Positions 52,049 to 61,932 are shown, numbered from the stretch's first letter. The stretch is DNA of 64,000 nucleotides from an uncultured Acidobacteriota bacterium (GCA_963777605.1 CAVZRV010000027.1:128001-192000), one strand, 5' to 3'. Translations and numbers: made by a program. The notes: generated by a model not told the origin, from the sequence alone.

Positions 52049-54895
52049 ATGAAGCCCGACACCTTTCCGACCGTTCGCCGGATCGTTCCGTCAGCCATTG
52101 TTCTCGTCATCATCATCTTCCTTTCGGCTCCCCTTCTTGCCCAGCGGGACCGCCTTTCGCTCGCGGGCGACTGGGCGTTTCAACTCGATCCCGACGATCA
52201 TGGCGCGGCCGGGGAGTGGTTTCTCCGGGATCTCTCCGACTCGGTCCGACTGCCCGGGACAACCGACACAAACCGGAAAGGTTACCCGTTGCGGCGCGAA
52301 GACATGTCCTACGGGATCGACGTGCTCAGGACGGTCTGGCCCGGCACCCAACCAGTGGAACGAGCGGACCGGTCCGGATACCTGGTCAGAGACTGGTTTT
52401 ACATCGGGAAAGCCTGGTACCAGCGGGCGATCGAGATCCCGGAATCGTGGAGCGGGAAGCGTGTCGAACTGCGGCTGGAACGGGTCCTCTGGGAGTCGAA
52501 AGTCTGGATCGACGGGCATTTTGCAGGCAGTTGCGACAGCCTCGTCACCGAGCACCGTTACTCTTTGGGGGCCCTGGCGCCCGGTCCGCACCGTATCACC
52601 ATCCGGGTCGACAACGGCCTGATCCACAATATCGGGATCATCGGTCACGCTTACGGTCCGGAAACTCAGACCCGCTGGAACGGGATCGTCGGCCGCATCG
52701 AACTGGAGGCAACGAGTCCGGTTTTCGTCGCCGACACGCAAGTTTATCCGTCTCCGGATCAGCGATCGGTCCGGGTCGTCAGCATCGCCCGGAACACGAC
52801 CTCCGGACCGGTTCCGGCCGAGTTCTCAGTGCACATCCTGGAAGCGGACTCCGGGCGAGATCTCGGCGGCGCCTCCGGCCGGATCGTGCTGGATTCCGGA
52901 TCCGACCAGAATATCGAACGCCGGGTTGACCTGAACCGGCCGGCAGATGCCTGGGGCGAATTCAATCCCTCACGCTACCGGGTCGAAGTCGAATTGCGTT
53001 CGCCGCAAACGGTTGACACCCGGACCCTGCACTTCGGGTTCCGGACGCTGGAATCGTCCCGGAAACAAATCCGGGTTAATGGCATCCCAGCCTTTCTAAG
53101 GGGAACTCTAAACTGCGCGGTGTTTCCAAGGACCGGGTACCCTCCGATGGACCTGGGAAGTTGGCTCACGATCCTTGGGCGAGTTCGCGAATATGGATTC
53201 AACCTGGTTCGCTTCCACTCATGGTGTCCTCCGGAAGAAGCATTCGAGGCCGCCGATCGTCTGGGAATTTACCTGGCTCCGGAAACGCCTTTCTGGGTCG
53301 ATAACTGGACCCGGGACACCTCGTCGCGACCAGGCCTCCTCGGAACGGACCCCGACGTCCTCGAATTTGTTCGGCGCGAGGTCGAGCGAATGAGCGATCG
53401 CTACGGAAATCACCCCTCGTTCGCCTTTTTCTGCATCGGCAACGAATTTGGCCTCGACACCGACTGGGACCTGGTTGAGCGCCTGCTGCGGGAATTCAAG
53501 GAAGCTGACCCGAGAAGACTCTACACGGCAACGACGGCGCGACGGACAGTGGCATCGGATGACTTCTGGGTCACCCACAAGTCGCAAACTCATCCAGCCA
53601 GGGGGGTGGGGCCGGCGCGAACAGATTGGGACTTTGCCCTGGCAGTTGCCGAGGCAACGCTTCCACTCCTCTCTCACGAAACTGGGCAACGCCCGGTTTT
53701 TCCCGACTATCCGGCGCTTCTTCCCAAGTTCATCGGCCCGCTGAAGCCGTACGACCTGGAGTACTACCGGGATCGCCTGGCCGAATCCGGCCGGGAGGGA
53801 CAACTCGATGATTTCGTTCGCGCTTCAGCCCAGTTCCAGCGCGTACTCTACAAGTCGGAACACGAAGGGATGCGCCGCACCCAAGGCCTGTCAGGCTACG
53901 AACTACTGATGCTGAACGACTTCACCGGCCAGAGTGAAGCGCTCGTGGGCATCCTCGACCCGTTCGGAGACGGGAAAGGGGTCACTTCTGTTTCCGACGT
54001 GCTGGAGTGGAACGGCGAAACCGCTATCCTGGCCCGGCTTCCGCGGTATCTCTGGACTGCCGGGGACGACCTCACCGCCGAATTCCGGGTATCCCACTTC
54101 GGCAGCCGCCCCCTCCCGGCCTCCGGGCTGGAGTGGTCCCTGAAGGACAAATCCACCGGATCGACCCTGGTCGCCGGATCGCTCGGTCCGGAGAGCCTGG
54201 AACCAGGCCGCATCTCAGACTTCGGAGAAATCAAAATCCCTCTCGCGGCGATCGAACGGCCCCTGGCGCTTGAACTCGAGGCCCGGATGGGTCTCTGTCA
54301 GAATCACTGGAATCTCTGGGTCTATCCGAGCGGCGATCCGGCCGAAGCTCCCCCCGGCGTGACCATATCGAGCAGACTCGACGGTCCCACGGTATCGGCT
54401 CTCGAGCAGGGTGAAAGCATCTTATTGACAGTACCCGGCCTGGAGGGCCCTCATGCCGCGAGGGGCACCTTTCTTCCGGTCTATTGGTCGGCAGGGTGGT
54501 GGGGAGGCCGCTTCTCATCCCTCGGCATCCTGTGTGATCCGAAGCACCCGGCACTGGCCGAGTTTCCGAACGATGGGCACTCCGACTGGCAGTGGTCCGA
54601 ACTGGCCGAAGGCGCAACCACGTTCCTGCTCGAGAACGTGCCCCCCGAACTCCAGCCGATTGTTCAGCTCGTGCCCGACTTCCACTACCCCGCCTTCCTG
54701 GCACCCCTGTTTGAAGTCCGGGTCGGGAGGGGACGACTGGTCGTTTGCGGCTTCGACCTTTCGAGCGACCTCGAGAACCGGCACGCCGCGCGCCAGCTGC
54801 GGGCGAGTCTCCTGCATTACATGGCGAGCCCCGCATTCGAACCTGCCGGCCGTGTTTCAGTTGAGTTCCTTCGAGGCCTGCTCCGTGAGAAGTGA
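52049..54895 (+). CDS. Secreted GH2-family glycoside hydrolase
   Basis: SLAGDWAF, YIGKAWYQR, WNGIVG, FGFR, FLRG, VRFHSWCPPEEAF, NHPS..IGNE (acid/base), SHETGQ (nucleophile). Confidence 0.9.
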   Translation: MKPDTFPTVRRIVPSAIVLVIIIFLSAPLLAQRDRLSLAGDWAFQLDPDDHGAAGEWFLRDLSDSVRLPGTTDTNRKGYPLRREDMSYGIDVLRTVWPGTQPVERADRSGYLVRDWFYIGKAWYQRAIEIPESWSGKRVELRLERVLWESKVWIDGHFAGSCDSLVTEHRYSLGALAPGPHRITIRVDNGLIHNIGIIGHAYGPETQTRWNGIVGRIELEATSPVFVADTQVYPSPDQRSVRVVSIARNTTSGPVPAEFSVHILEADSGRDLGGASGRIVLDSGSDQNIERRVDLNRPADAWGEFNPSRYRVEVELRSPQTVDTRTLHFGFRTLESSRKQIRVNGIPAFLRGTLNCAVFPRTGYPPMDLGSWLTILGRVREYGFNLVRFHSWCPPEEAFEAADRLGIYLAPETPFWVDNWTRDTSSRPGLLGTDPDVLEFVRREVERMSDRYGNHPSFAFFCIGNEFGLDTDWDLVERLLREFKEADPRRLYTATTARRTVASDDFWVTHKSQTHPARGVGPARTDWDFALAVAEATLPLLSHETGQRPVFPDYPALLPKFIGPLKPYDLEYYRDRLAESGREGQLDDFVRASAQFQRVLYKSEHEGMRRTQGLSGYELLMLNDFTGQSEALVGILDPFGDGKGVTSVSDVLEWNGETAILARLPRYLWTAGDDLTAEFRVSHFGSRPLPASGLEWSLKDKSTGSTLVAGSLGPESLEPGRISDFGEIKIPLAAIERPLALELEARMGLCQNHWNLWVYPSGDPAEAPPGVTISSRLDGPTVSALEQGESILLTVPGLEGPHAARGTFLPVYWSAGWWGGRFSSLGILCDPKHPALAEFPNDGHSDWQWSELAEGATTFLLENVPPELQPIVQLVPDFHYPAFLAPLFEVRVGRGRLVVCGFDLSSDLENRHAARQLRASLLHYMASPAFEPAGRVSVEFLRGLLREK

Positions 54896-56164
54896 ACGGC
54901 AAACCTGGTACTTGCCCAGAGACCCCGGCTCGAGGTCGCCGATCGTCCTTACGTCGACCTGGATCTGCCGGTTGAGAACAGCCGAAATGCGCGCCCTCAG
55001 CGTTTCCAGGCTATCCTCCGGGGGAGACAACAGCGGGACGAGTTCGACCGTCAGACGACCGTCGGCCTCTTGGGTCAGCCGGTACCGCTTGATCCAGGAG
55101 AATTCGTGTCCCAGTTCGAGGATCACGGCAAAAGGATGGACCTGACTTCCATCCGGGAGGCAAATTGCGTCTGCTTTGCGCCCCTGAATCCGCTCAATTG
55201 TGAGCCCCTCCCGACCACAGGGACAGCTGTCCGGGCCTCGAGTCAGAATGTCTCCGATCCGGTACCGGATAAAAGGCATGGCAAACGAGTGCAGTCCGGT
55301 GACGACCGCCTCCCCGCTCTCGCCGGGAGCGACCATCTTGCCGTCTTTCAGGATCTCCACAAAGATCGATTCCTCGTTAACATGCAGCAGGCCGCTGACG
55401 TTGCATTCCACCGCCATCTGGTTGAACTCGTGTGAGGCGTAGAGATCCAGCACCGGAATCCCGAAGCCCTCCTGGATCTGGTGCCGGGCATTCCGGGTCA
55501 ATGTCTCCCCTCCGACGAGGAGGCGTCTCAGGAACGGAAGCCGCCGCCCTCCGTTTCTCTCGGCGACCCTGGCGAGAATTTCGGGAAATGAAAGGATCAC
55601 GCTCGGCTTAAGGGCCAAGATTTCAGCCAAGATCCGTTCGGGAGGCTGGAGACAGTCGATCGGGACCTCCCGGTATGCACCCCACCTCTGCAGTAACGAA
55701 ATCCAACGAGGACGATGCCGGCTTGCAATGATGATCTTGAGCCGCACCAGACGATCACGGCGACTGACTCCCAGCCTGCGCCAGGCCAGCACCCTCAGGC
55801 AACTCAGAACACTTTCTTCAAAAAGGCTGCAGGCGATCGTCAGAGGCTGTCCCGAGGTCCCAGACGTGGATCGCTGAAAAAGCCGACTCCCTGAAAACTC
55901 GTCGGACAGCCGCTGTTCCAGTCCGGCCTGTTGGAAGTCCTCTCTGGACGTGACCGGGATTCGCTCCAGATCGGATTCGCTCCTGGTGCTTGAAACCTCA
56001 ATCCCGTGGCGCGAGAACAGCCTCCGGTAAAAGGGAACGTGGGCCGCCGCGTATCCGATCAGCCGCTGCAACTGTGCATCTCTGGCATCCCGGTTGACGG
56101 TTCCGGTCACCCGACCGGCGACCGTCAGCGATCGGCAGCTGAACATTCGCGCCTTCAACAGCAT
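54857..56164 (-). CDS. Phenylacetate-CoA ligase/CapK-like adenylate-forming enzyme
   Basis: VPFYR, STSGTSGQP, GGE, DLYASHE, MPFIRYRIGD, QGRKAD. Confidence 0.88.
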   Translation of the reverse strand: MLLKARMFSCRSLTVAGRVTGTVNRDARDAQLQRLIGYAAAHVPFYRRLFSRHGIEVSSTRSESDLERIPVTSREDFQQAGLEQRLSDEFSGSRLFQRSTSGTSGQPLTIACSLFEESVLSCLRVLAWRRLGVSRRDRLVRLKIIIASRHRPRWISLLQRWGAYREVPIDCLQPPERILAEILALKPSVILSFPEILARVAERNGGRRLPFLRRLLVGGETLTRNARHQIQEGFGIPVLDLYASHEFNQMAVECNVSGLLHVNEESIFVEILKDGKMVAPGESGEAVVTGLHSFAMPFIRYRIGDILTRGPDSCPCGREGLTIERIQGRKADAICLPDGSQVHPFAVILELGHEFSWIKRYRLTQEADGRLTVELVPLLSPPEDSLETLRARISAVLNRQIQVDVRTIGDLEPGSLGKYQVCRSLLTEQASKELN

Positions 56165-56191
56165 GGCTCGGTTACTGTCCCCTTACGAAAA

Positions 56192-57445
56192 TCAACATCG
56201 CTTCGCTTCAGCCACCCGGCGTCGTTCCATCATTGCGAGGACTGCGTCCGCCAGAGCCGATCCCATCGGCTGCCAGTTGCCGTCAACGAGATCAGCACAT
56301 TTCAACACAGGAAGTTTAAACCGCTCTTCAATCTCGGCCCGGACCATTGCATAGGCATCTTCATTGGCCAGAGGCCCGCTCAGGACCAGGGGAAGGCCAG
56401 GCAGCGAAAGGGCCGAGCGGATGAAGACAGCCGCGTGGGCGGCGGCCTCTGCGGTCGGATGGGCGCAGTATACCAACAGCCCCAGCCGGGATGAGAATCG
56501 TTCATCGCCAAGCAACGCCCAGTTCGACGAGTGGGCAATGTTGTCGGCCAATTCAATCACATGAAAATCTGGTTTCCTCCAGTTCAAGAAGGCATCCGTA
56601 TAACGGACACTCTCCTCGACGAACCGGGTGACACCCAGACTGACGTCCGAGACGACGCCAAGTCCGTCCACAAAATCACGTCCGTGATGGCTCTCGGGAG
56701 AGAACCGGAAGCTCACTGGAACTCCGTCAAGACTTTCACTCGGCGACGTCCCAAAACAGCAAAGCCAGTCCCTGCAACAGGCCGTACCCGACTTCTTCTC
56801 CACCGTCACGCGGAAGCCTCGTCCGGCAAGTTCCCTCGTCAGAGCCCGCGCACAGACCGTCTTTCCCGCATCGGTTCGGAATCCGGCGACGAGAATCCGA
56901 AACGGATCCGGCCCGCACGGGTCGGGACCGGGGGGAACCGTCTCCCGAAAATCTCTCAGGTTCAGCGGACGGTTTTCCCGATCCACGAGGACACCCCGTA
57001 CGTGAACGGGCACCTGCTGAAAATCTTCCCTGGCGAAATTCAGAAACCCGACGCAATTGGTCCCGAAAAGACTCTGGGCCCAGGTTCCTCCCCTGAGCTC
57101 ACCGTTCGGCTCCCCGGTGAGGGGATTGGTGAGCCCACCAATCACGTAAGGCGGTGCGTAGCGATTTCCGACAATTCCAATGCCGAGCCCCTCATGAATC
57201 ACTTCCCGGGACAGGACAATCTCGTCGTCATTCGGGCCAGGATACATGCGCTCCACCCAGTTCTGGCCATCCGGGCAGTCCCGCCCGGGAGGCTCAGGGA
57301 CATCGATGAAAACCAGGTCGTTCATCTCCGCCACTCGATCGGGGTCGTACGCCAACTCGTCCTGTCCCCAGAGAATCGTGCGGGCCCTGCGCAGGGCGCT
57401 GCCCAGCACCCACCGATCAAACTCGGGTCTGACCCGGCACCTCAT
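56192..57445 (-). CDS. DUF1611-like P-loop protein of unknown function
   Basis: VGNRYAP motif, LNLRDF, P-loop-like VAGFRTDAGKT, K.SGTAC..D, DFVD.G..S, VIELAD, SGPLA. The ATG at 57445 overlaps the stop of the upstream gene (ATGA). Confidence 0.65.
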   Translation of the reverse strand: MRCRVRPEFDRWVLGSALRRARTILWGQDELAYDPDRVAEMNDLVFIDVPEPPGRDCPDGQNWVERMYPGPNDDEIVLSREVIHEGLGIGIVGNRYAPPYVIGGLTNPLTGEPNGELRGGTWAQSLFGTNCVGFLNFAREDFQQVPVHVRGVLVDRENRPLNLRDFRETVPPGPDPCGPDPFRILVAGFRTDAGKTVCARALTRELAGRGFRVTVEKKSGTACCRDWLCCFGTSPSESLDGVPVSFRFSPESHHGRDFVDGLGVVSDVSLGVTRFVEESVRYTDAFLNWRKPDFHVIELADNIAHSSNWALLGDERFSSRLGLLVYCAHPTAEAAAHAAVFIRSALSLPGLPLVLSGPLANEDAYAMVRAEIEERFKLPVLKCADLVDGNWQPMGSALADAVLAMMERRRVAEAKRC

Positions 57446-58749
57446 CGAGAGTTCCGCTCCTCTTCCACCATGCTCCGCGCCTGCTCCCCGCCGCCCGAAT
57501 CGACGAACCGAAGGTCGGGGCAAAAGTCACAGAGGACGGTGCGACGACAACTTGTGCAAACGCATCCCACGGTACCCCGCAAGCCGAAATAGACCCGGCT
57601 GACGTGATCGGTCGTGCGCCCCTTGAGCAGCACCAGGTCTCCGGGCCTGAGAACTCCGCCCAGTTCGACGGCAGCTTCCGGGACCGAAGTGAAGCAACTG
57701 ACCCCGGTCTCCGCCATTCCCTGATCGAGCAGCCTCCTTTTGCCGTACTCAGCACCTTCTCCGATCAGCACGCAATGATCGCACCGGCCCGGAAGCCGTT
57801 CGGCCAGGAACTTGCGCCGCGCGCGATGGTCTCCACGGAAATCGGAGAAGTCCGACAGCACCAGGACTCTCCGCCCAACCCGGGCCTCGGCCAGGACCGC
57901 CAGGGCCGCCTCCGTCGCCGTCCAACTGGCATTGTAATCGTCACGCAACATCGTCACACCGCCCGGCAGTTCCACCGGCTGGAGGCGGCCCGGAAATGGG
58001 ACCACCGACTCGACTGCAACAATGCAGTCCTGCAACGAAACCCCGCATGCCAACCCGGCAGCAGTCGCGCCCAGGACGGAGTAGACCCAGTGCGCGCCGA
58101 CCAACTGCGTCTTGACCGGAAGCGCTTTCCCGCCGGTTCTGATCGTGAATTCGAGTTTGCCGGGCCAGGAGGCCCTCACCTGCCCGGCCACTACATCCGC
58201 CTCGAAAGAACACCCAAAACTGATTCTGCGTCCGGTCCACCGGGAAAGGATACCAAGCACGCGGTCATCGTCGGCGTTGGCAACACAGGCTCCGTCCGGT
58301 CTTAATCCGGTCAGCAACTGCGCCTTCTCTTCTGCATGGGTGTCGAGGTCGGGAAAGGACGTCGAATGGGTCTTTCCGACACCGAGCAGCAACGCCACAT
58401 GCGGTCGCACCAGGCCGGCGAGAGCCGCCATCTGGCCAGGGCCCGAGACGCCGATTTCAATTACGGCATAGCGATGCCATGGTCTGACCCGCAGAAGCGT
58501 GCGGGGAACGCCGAAGCGATCGTTCTGATTCTCCAGCGTGGCCGCCGTCCGCGCCCGGCTGGCAAGAATTGTCCTCAGGTGCTCCTTGGCGGTGGTCTTT
58601 CCAAGGCTGCCGGTGACGGCGACGAATCGGGTCCGGATCAGCAACCGTCTCCAGACCCGGGCAACGCACCAGACCGCTGCGAGCGCAACCTTCCGGCCGC
58701 GCGGCGAAGTCCAGAGACGATACTTGAGATGTCCGAACACGCTCTTCAT
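57442..58749 (-). CDS. MurF-like Mur-family ligase lacking the N-terminal domain, with a Cys-rich C-terminal extension
   Basis: VAVTGSLGKTT begins at about residue 43; also IEIG, EEKAQL, ANADD, PGRL, DDYNAS, LVLLKG; tail CVCTSCRRTVLCDFC. Confidence 0.85.
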   Translation of the reverse strand: MKSVFGHLKYRLWTSPRGRKVALAAVWCVARVWRRLLIRTRFVAVTGSLGKTTAKEHLRTILASRARTAATLENQNDRFGVPRTLLRVRPWHRYAVIEIGVSGPGQMAALAGLVRPHVALLLGVGKTHSTSFPDLDTHAEEKAQLLTGLRPDGACVANADDDRVLGILSRWTGRRISFGCSFEADVVAGQVRASWPGKLEFTIRTGGKALPVKTQLVGAHWVYSVLGATAAGLACGVSLQDCIVAVESVVPFPGRLQPVELPGGVTMLRDDYNASWTATEAALAVLAEARVGRRVLVLSDFSDFRGDHRARRKFLAERLPGRCDHCVLIGEGAEYGKRRLLDQGMAETGVSCFTSVPEAAVELGGVLRPGDLVLLKGRTTDHVSRVYFGLRGTVGCVCTSCRRTVLCDFCPDLRFVDSGGGEQARSMVEEERNSR

Positions 58750-58789
58750 ACCCTCAGAATCCGGACCACCTCGCCCACCCGGACGGGTG

Positions 58790-59884
58790 TCAGAACCGAT
58801 ACTCGGACAGCACCCGGTCAGTCAGCTTACAGCCGAGACCCGGCTCTTCCGGCAGGGTGTAGTAACCGTCTACCACCGAGACCGGATCCTCCCAGATGTC
58901 GTTGAGCGACTCGTAGCAGTGCTCCACCATGGGCACGTTCTCCGAAGCAGCCGCCAGTTGCACGTGAAGTTTCTGCTGAACATTGGTGTGGGGAACGACC
59001 TCCAGATTGTAGGCTCGCGCCAGGGCCGCAACATCCAACCACTCGTCGATGCCCATCAGCTTGGTGCAGTCCGCCTGAACCACATCGACAGCCCCCATCT
59101 CGATGTAGTCGCGAAAATCATATTTCGTGTAGATCGTTTCTCCTACGGCGATGGGGATGTGAATGGCCCTGGCGAGTTCGGCGTGCCCCCGCCTGTCGAA
59201 GGGGTGGAGCGGTTCCTCCAGCCAGGTGATGTCGAACTCCTCCAGCCTCCTTCCCCAGACCGATGCCGTCTTCAGATCCCAGACCGTGTTGGCATCGACC
59301 ATCAGCCGGACGTCTGGTCCAAGTGCCTTCCTGACCGATTTGACGCGATCGTAGTCTTCTCTCGGGTTGGGCAGGCCAATCTTCATCTTGACGGCGTCAA
59401 AACCACGGTCCACCAGCTTCGACATGTCCCGAACAAGGTCCTCGACCGACCAGGTGAGCCATCCCCCGTCAGTGTTGTACGCTTTCACCCTTTCACGGCA
59501 GGCGCCCAGGTACTTCCAAAGCGGCAGGCCGGCAACCTTGAGACGGATGTCCCAAAGGGCCATGTTGACGGCGCACAAACCCACCCGCGTGATTCCGACT
59601 CGACCGATGAAGTGGTTCTGCAGGTAGAGTTGACGCAACAGCGCCTTGTAGTGCATCGGGTCACTGCCGACCAGTACCGGAGCGTAGGTCTCATCAATGA
59701 TCACCTGGACTGCCCGAATCCCCTTGGAGTAGTTCCAGTTGAAGCCCCAACCGGAGATTCCTTCGTCGGTTTCGAGGCGGACCTGGACGAACTCCACGGC
59801 CTCCACAATCGATTGAGAATCGGTGATTGTGCGCTGGCGCAAGGGAACCCGGACGAGATAAGTGTCAACCTTCGAGATCTTCAT
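58790..59884 (-). CDS. Enolase-superfamily enzyme, mandelate racemase subgroup (probable acid-sugar dehydratase)
   Basis: ALWDI, KMK, MVDAN, WLEEP, AVGE, QAD, VVPH, PGLG. Confidence 0.9.
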   Translation of the reverse strand: MKISKVDTYLVRVPLRQRTITDSQSIVEAVEFVQVRLETDEGISGWGFNWNYSKGIRAVQVIIDETYAPVLVGSDPMHYKALLRQLYLQNHFIGRVGITRVGLCAVNMALWDIRLKVAGLPLWKYLGACRERVKAYNTDGGWLTWSVEDLVRDMSKLVDRGFDAVKMKIGLPNPREDYDRVKSVRKALGPDVRLMVDANTVWDLKTASVWGRRLEEFDITWLEEPLHPFDRRGHAELARAIHIPIAVGETIYTKYDFRDYIEMGAVDVVQADCTKLMGIDEWLDVAALARAYNLEVVPHTNVQQKLHVQLAAASENVPMVEHCYESLNDIWEDPVSVVDGYYTLPEEPGLGCKLTDRVLSEYRF

Positions 59885-59894
59885 GCAGGACCTC

Positions 59895-61256
59895 TCATCT
59901 GAACAGCGAAATGCAGGTGTGTACAGCCATGAAACCTATCGAGACAATACTGGCCCATAGCGCAAAGTCGTAGAAGGCACGCGGTTTGAGCCGGGGATCC
60001 GTGAACCGGTAGCGGAAGATTACCGCCTGGTAGGCAACCACAATCAGGTAGAGTGCGTTGCTGATTCCCATAAAGACCACCAGAAGAAGCGGTTTCTGGA
60101 CGAAGAGGTAGATCGCACCGCAAATCGCCGGGAAGGCGCAGGTCATGATCATGATGCTCTTACGCCTCTGGCCTTCCCGGTACCAGTCAATCCAGCCGCA
60201 GAGGCCGAAGAAATCGGTCCAGAGCCTGGAGAACGCCGCCGTGTTGGCAAAAATCGTCGAAAAAAGGACCGTGAAGGCGCAGAGCATGAACGCTCCCCGG
60301 GTTCCCTCACCCAGGACATCGGTGAACAAGGCCGAGAGCTGGAGAATAAAGTCGTTGCCGTCGGCCAGGACCGGTCGCGCCCGAAGTACCGTCGCGCCGA
60401 GGATGTAGAACCCGGCCGTCGCGAAGGTGTAGATCAGCATCGACAGCATCGCATCGAGCGTCATCACCCGGATCCACCCCCGGGCTCTCCGGGCCCAAGC
60501 CTCCGAGTCATCGCGCGGCCCCGTCCAGGAAGCGTATCCCTTCTCGAGGCACCAGTACGGGTACATCGAAATTTCACCTGAGGCAATGCCGGTGATTCCG
60601 AATGCGGCGATCGCGAGCGGGATCGCTTCCCGGGGCAACTGGAATGTCAAGCCGGCTAGAAGGTCGCCGAGTGAAAACGCGTACCTGGTCTCCTGAACCG
60701 AAACGACACAGTAGATTATGGCCCCAACGAACAACACATTGAGGATGGTCGCGATCCCCTCGACCGGCCCGTAACGGCCCCGAATCTGAAGTCCGGCGAT
60801 CAGCAGGACCAGCAACCCGACCGACAGGCCGACCGAAATCGTTGGAATGACGTAGGTCCCGACCTGGGCCGCCCCCCCGATGACGCCTGCCTGCCCGCCG
60901 AACGTGGAGATCATGTAGAGTACGCCGGCCCAGACCGACCAGTGGACCGGACCCAACCGCGTCCGCCCGACCCGGTTCCAGGCCTGGTAGGTGGGCAAGC
61001 CATAGACGATTGCAAAGCGCCCGAACTCCAACTGAACCGCCACCTTGACGAGGCAACCGAACAGGACGATCCAGAGCAGGACGAATCCCGCCTTCGCGCC
61101 GAGAGAAGTCGTGGCGATCAACTCGCCCGAACCGACAATCGCCGCCGAGAGAATCAGTCCGGGTCCGATGAAGCGGAGTCCCGAAAGGGTTCCAGACGGC
61201 GGTTCGCGGGTCTGACCAGCAGTCCCCGTGACTTCTCCGGTTCCGGCAACATCCAT
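59895..61256 (-). CDS. NRAMP-like (APC-fold) secondary transporter
   Basis: IGPGLILSAAIVGSGELIATT..GAKAG, FGITG, YPYWCLEKGY. The DPGN metal motif of MntH is absent. Confidence 0.8.
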   Translation of the reverse strand: MDVAGTGEVTGTAGQTREPPSGTLSGLRFIGPGLILSAAIVGSGELIATTSLGAKAGFVLLWIVLFGCLVKVAVQLEFGRFAIVYGLPTYQAWNRVGRTRLGPVHWSVWAGVLYMISTFGGQAGVIGGAAQVGTYVIPTISVGLSVGLLVLLIAGLQIRGRYGPVEGIATILNVLFVGAIIYCVVSVQETRYAFSLGDLLAGLTFQLPREAIPLAIAAFGITGIASGEISMYPYWCLEKGYASWTGPRDDSEAWARRARGWIRVMTLDAMLSMLIYTFATAGFYILGATVLRARPVLADGNDFILQLSALFTDVLGEGTRGAFMLCAFTVLFSTIFANTAAFSRLWTDFFGLCGWIDWYREGQRRKSIMIMTCAFPAICGAIYLFVQKPLLLVVFMGISNALYLIVVAYQAVIFRYRFTDPRLKPRAFYDFALWASIVSIGFMAVHTCISLFR

Positions 61257-61418
61257 AGGCTGACTCCACTCTCCTCCTGCCCTCCGACAACAAATGAATG
61301 TCCGCATAATGGCGCAATCCCGGGCCAATTGCCAGTATCCGCGATTTGACAGGAAAACTGATGTGTGAAAGGGTCGGAAGTCAAGTCCATCTACATCAAC
61401 GAATCGGAAGGAAGAATC

Positions 61419-61840
61419 ATGATAACAAAGGTTCCACAGTCACGATTCATTACACGCTCACTGTGGACGATCAGCAGGTCGAGAGTTCCTTTCAGAAGGA
61501 GCCGCTGACCTACCAGCACGGCGAAGGGCAGTTGATCCAGGGGTTGGAAAAACAGCTCGAAGGCCTCGGAGATGGAGACGTCCGGGAAATCACGGTGGAT
61601 CCGGAGAACGCCTACGGGAACCCGGTTCCCGAGAACATTGTCTCGGTTCAGAAATCGGCCTTTGGTACCCCCGAGGAAATCAACGTGGGCGCCTTCGTCG
61701 AAGGAAAGACCCAGGACGGCCAGCCGTTTCGGGCCCGCGTCGCCGAAGAACGGGATGAGGCCTTCGTCCTCGATCTGAACCACCCACTGGCCGGAAAAAC
61801 CCTCGAATTCAAAGTCGAGGTCGTCTCGGTCAATCCCTAG
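61419..61840 (+). CDS. FKBP-type peptidyl-prolyl isomerase (SlyD-like, no His-rich tail); start out of frame by one base
   Basis: VTIHYTL, GQLIQGLE, PENAYG, LDLNHPLAGKTLEFKVEV. ATG ATA ACA AA|GGT would read MITKGSTV if one A were added. Confidence 0.9.
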
Positions 61841-61864
61841 TCCCCCTCCCACCACCCGTCATCA

Positions 61865-61901
61865 ACGGCCCCGAGCCCTGAATCGAAACATTCGGGGCCG
61901 T
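61865..61901. terminator. Inverted repeat downstream of the PPIase gene
   Basis: ACGGCCCCGA...TCGGGGCCGT perfect 10-bp stem followed by ATTTC. Confidence 0.5.
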
Positions 61902-61932
61902 ATTTCATCTGAATACAACAGAAACGGAGTAA

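Noticed and set aside
56192-59884. DgcN-DgcA D-glutamate catabolic pair
   Set aside because: The enolase-family enzyme has the His (VVPH) of the mandelate racemase subgroup rather than the Lys/DxD features of dipeptide epimerases, and a Mur ligase gene lies between the two.
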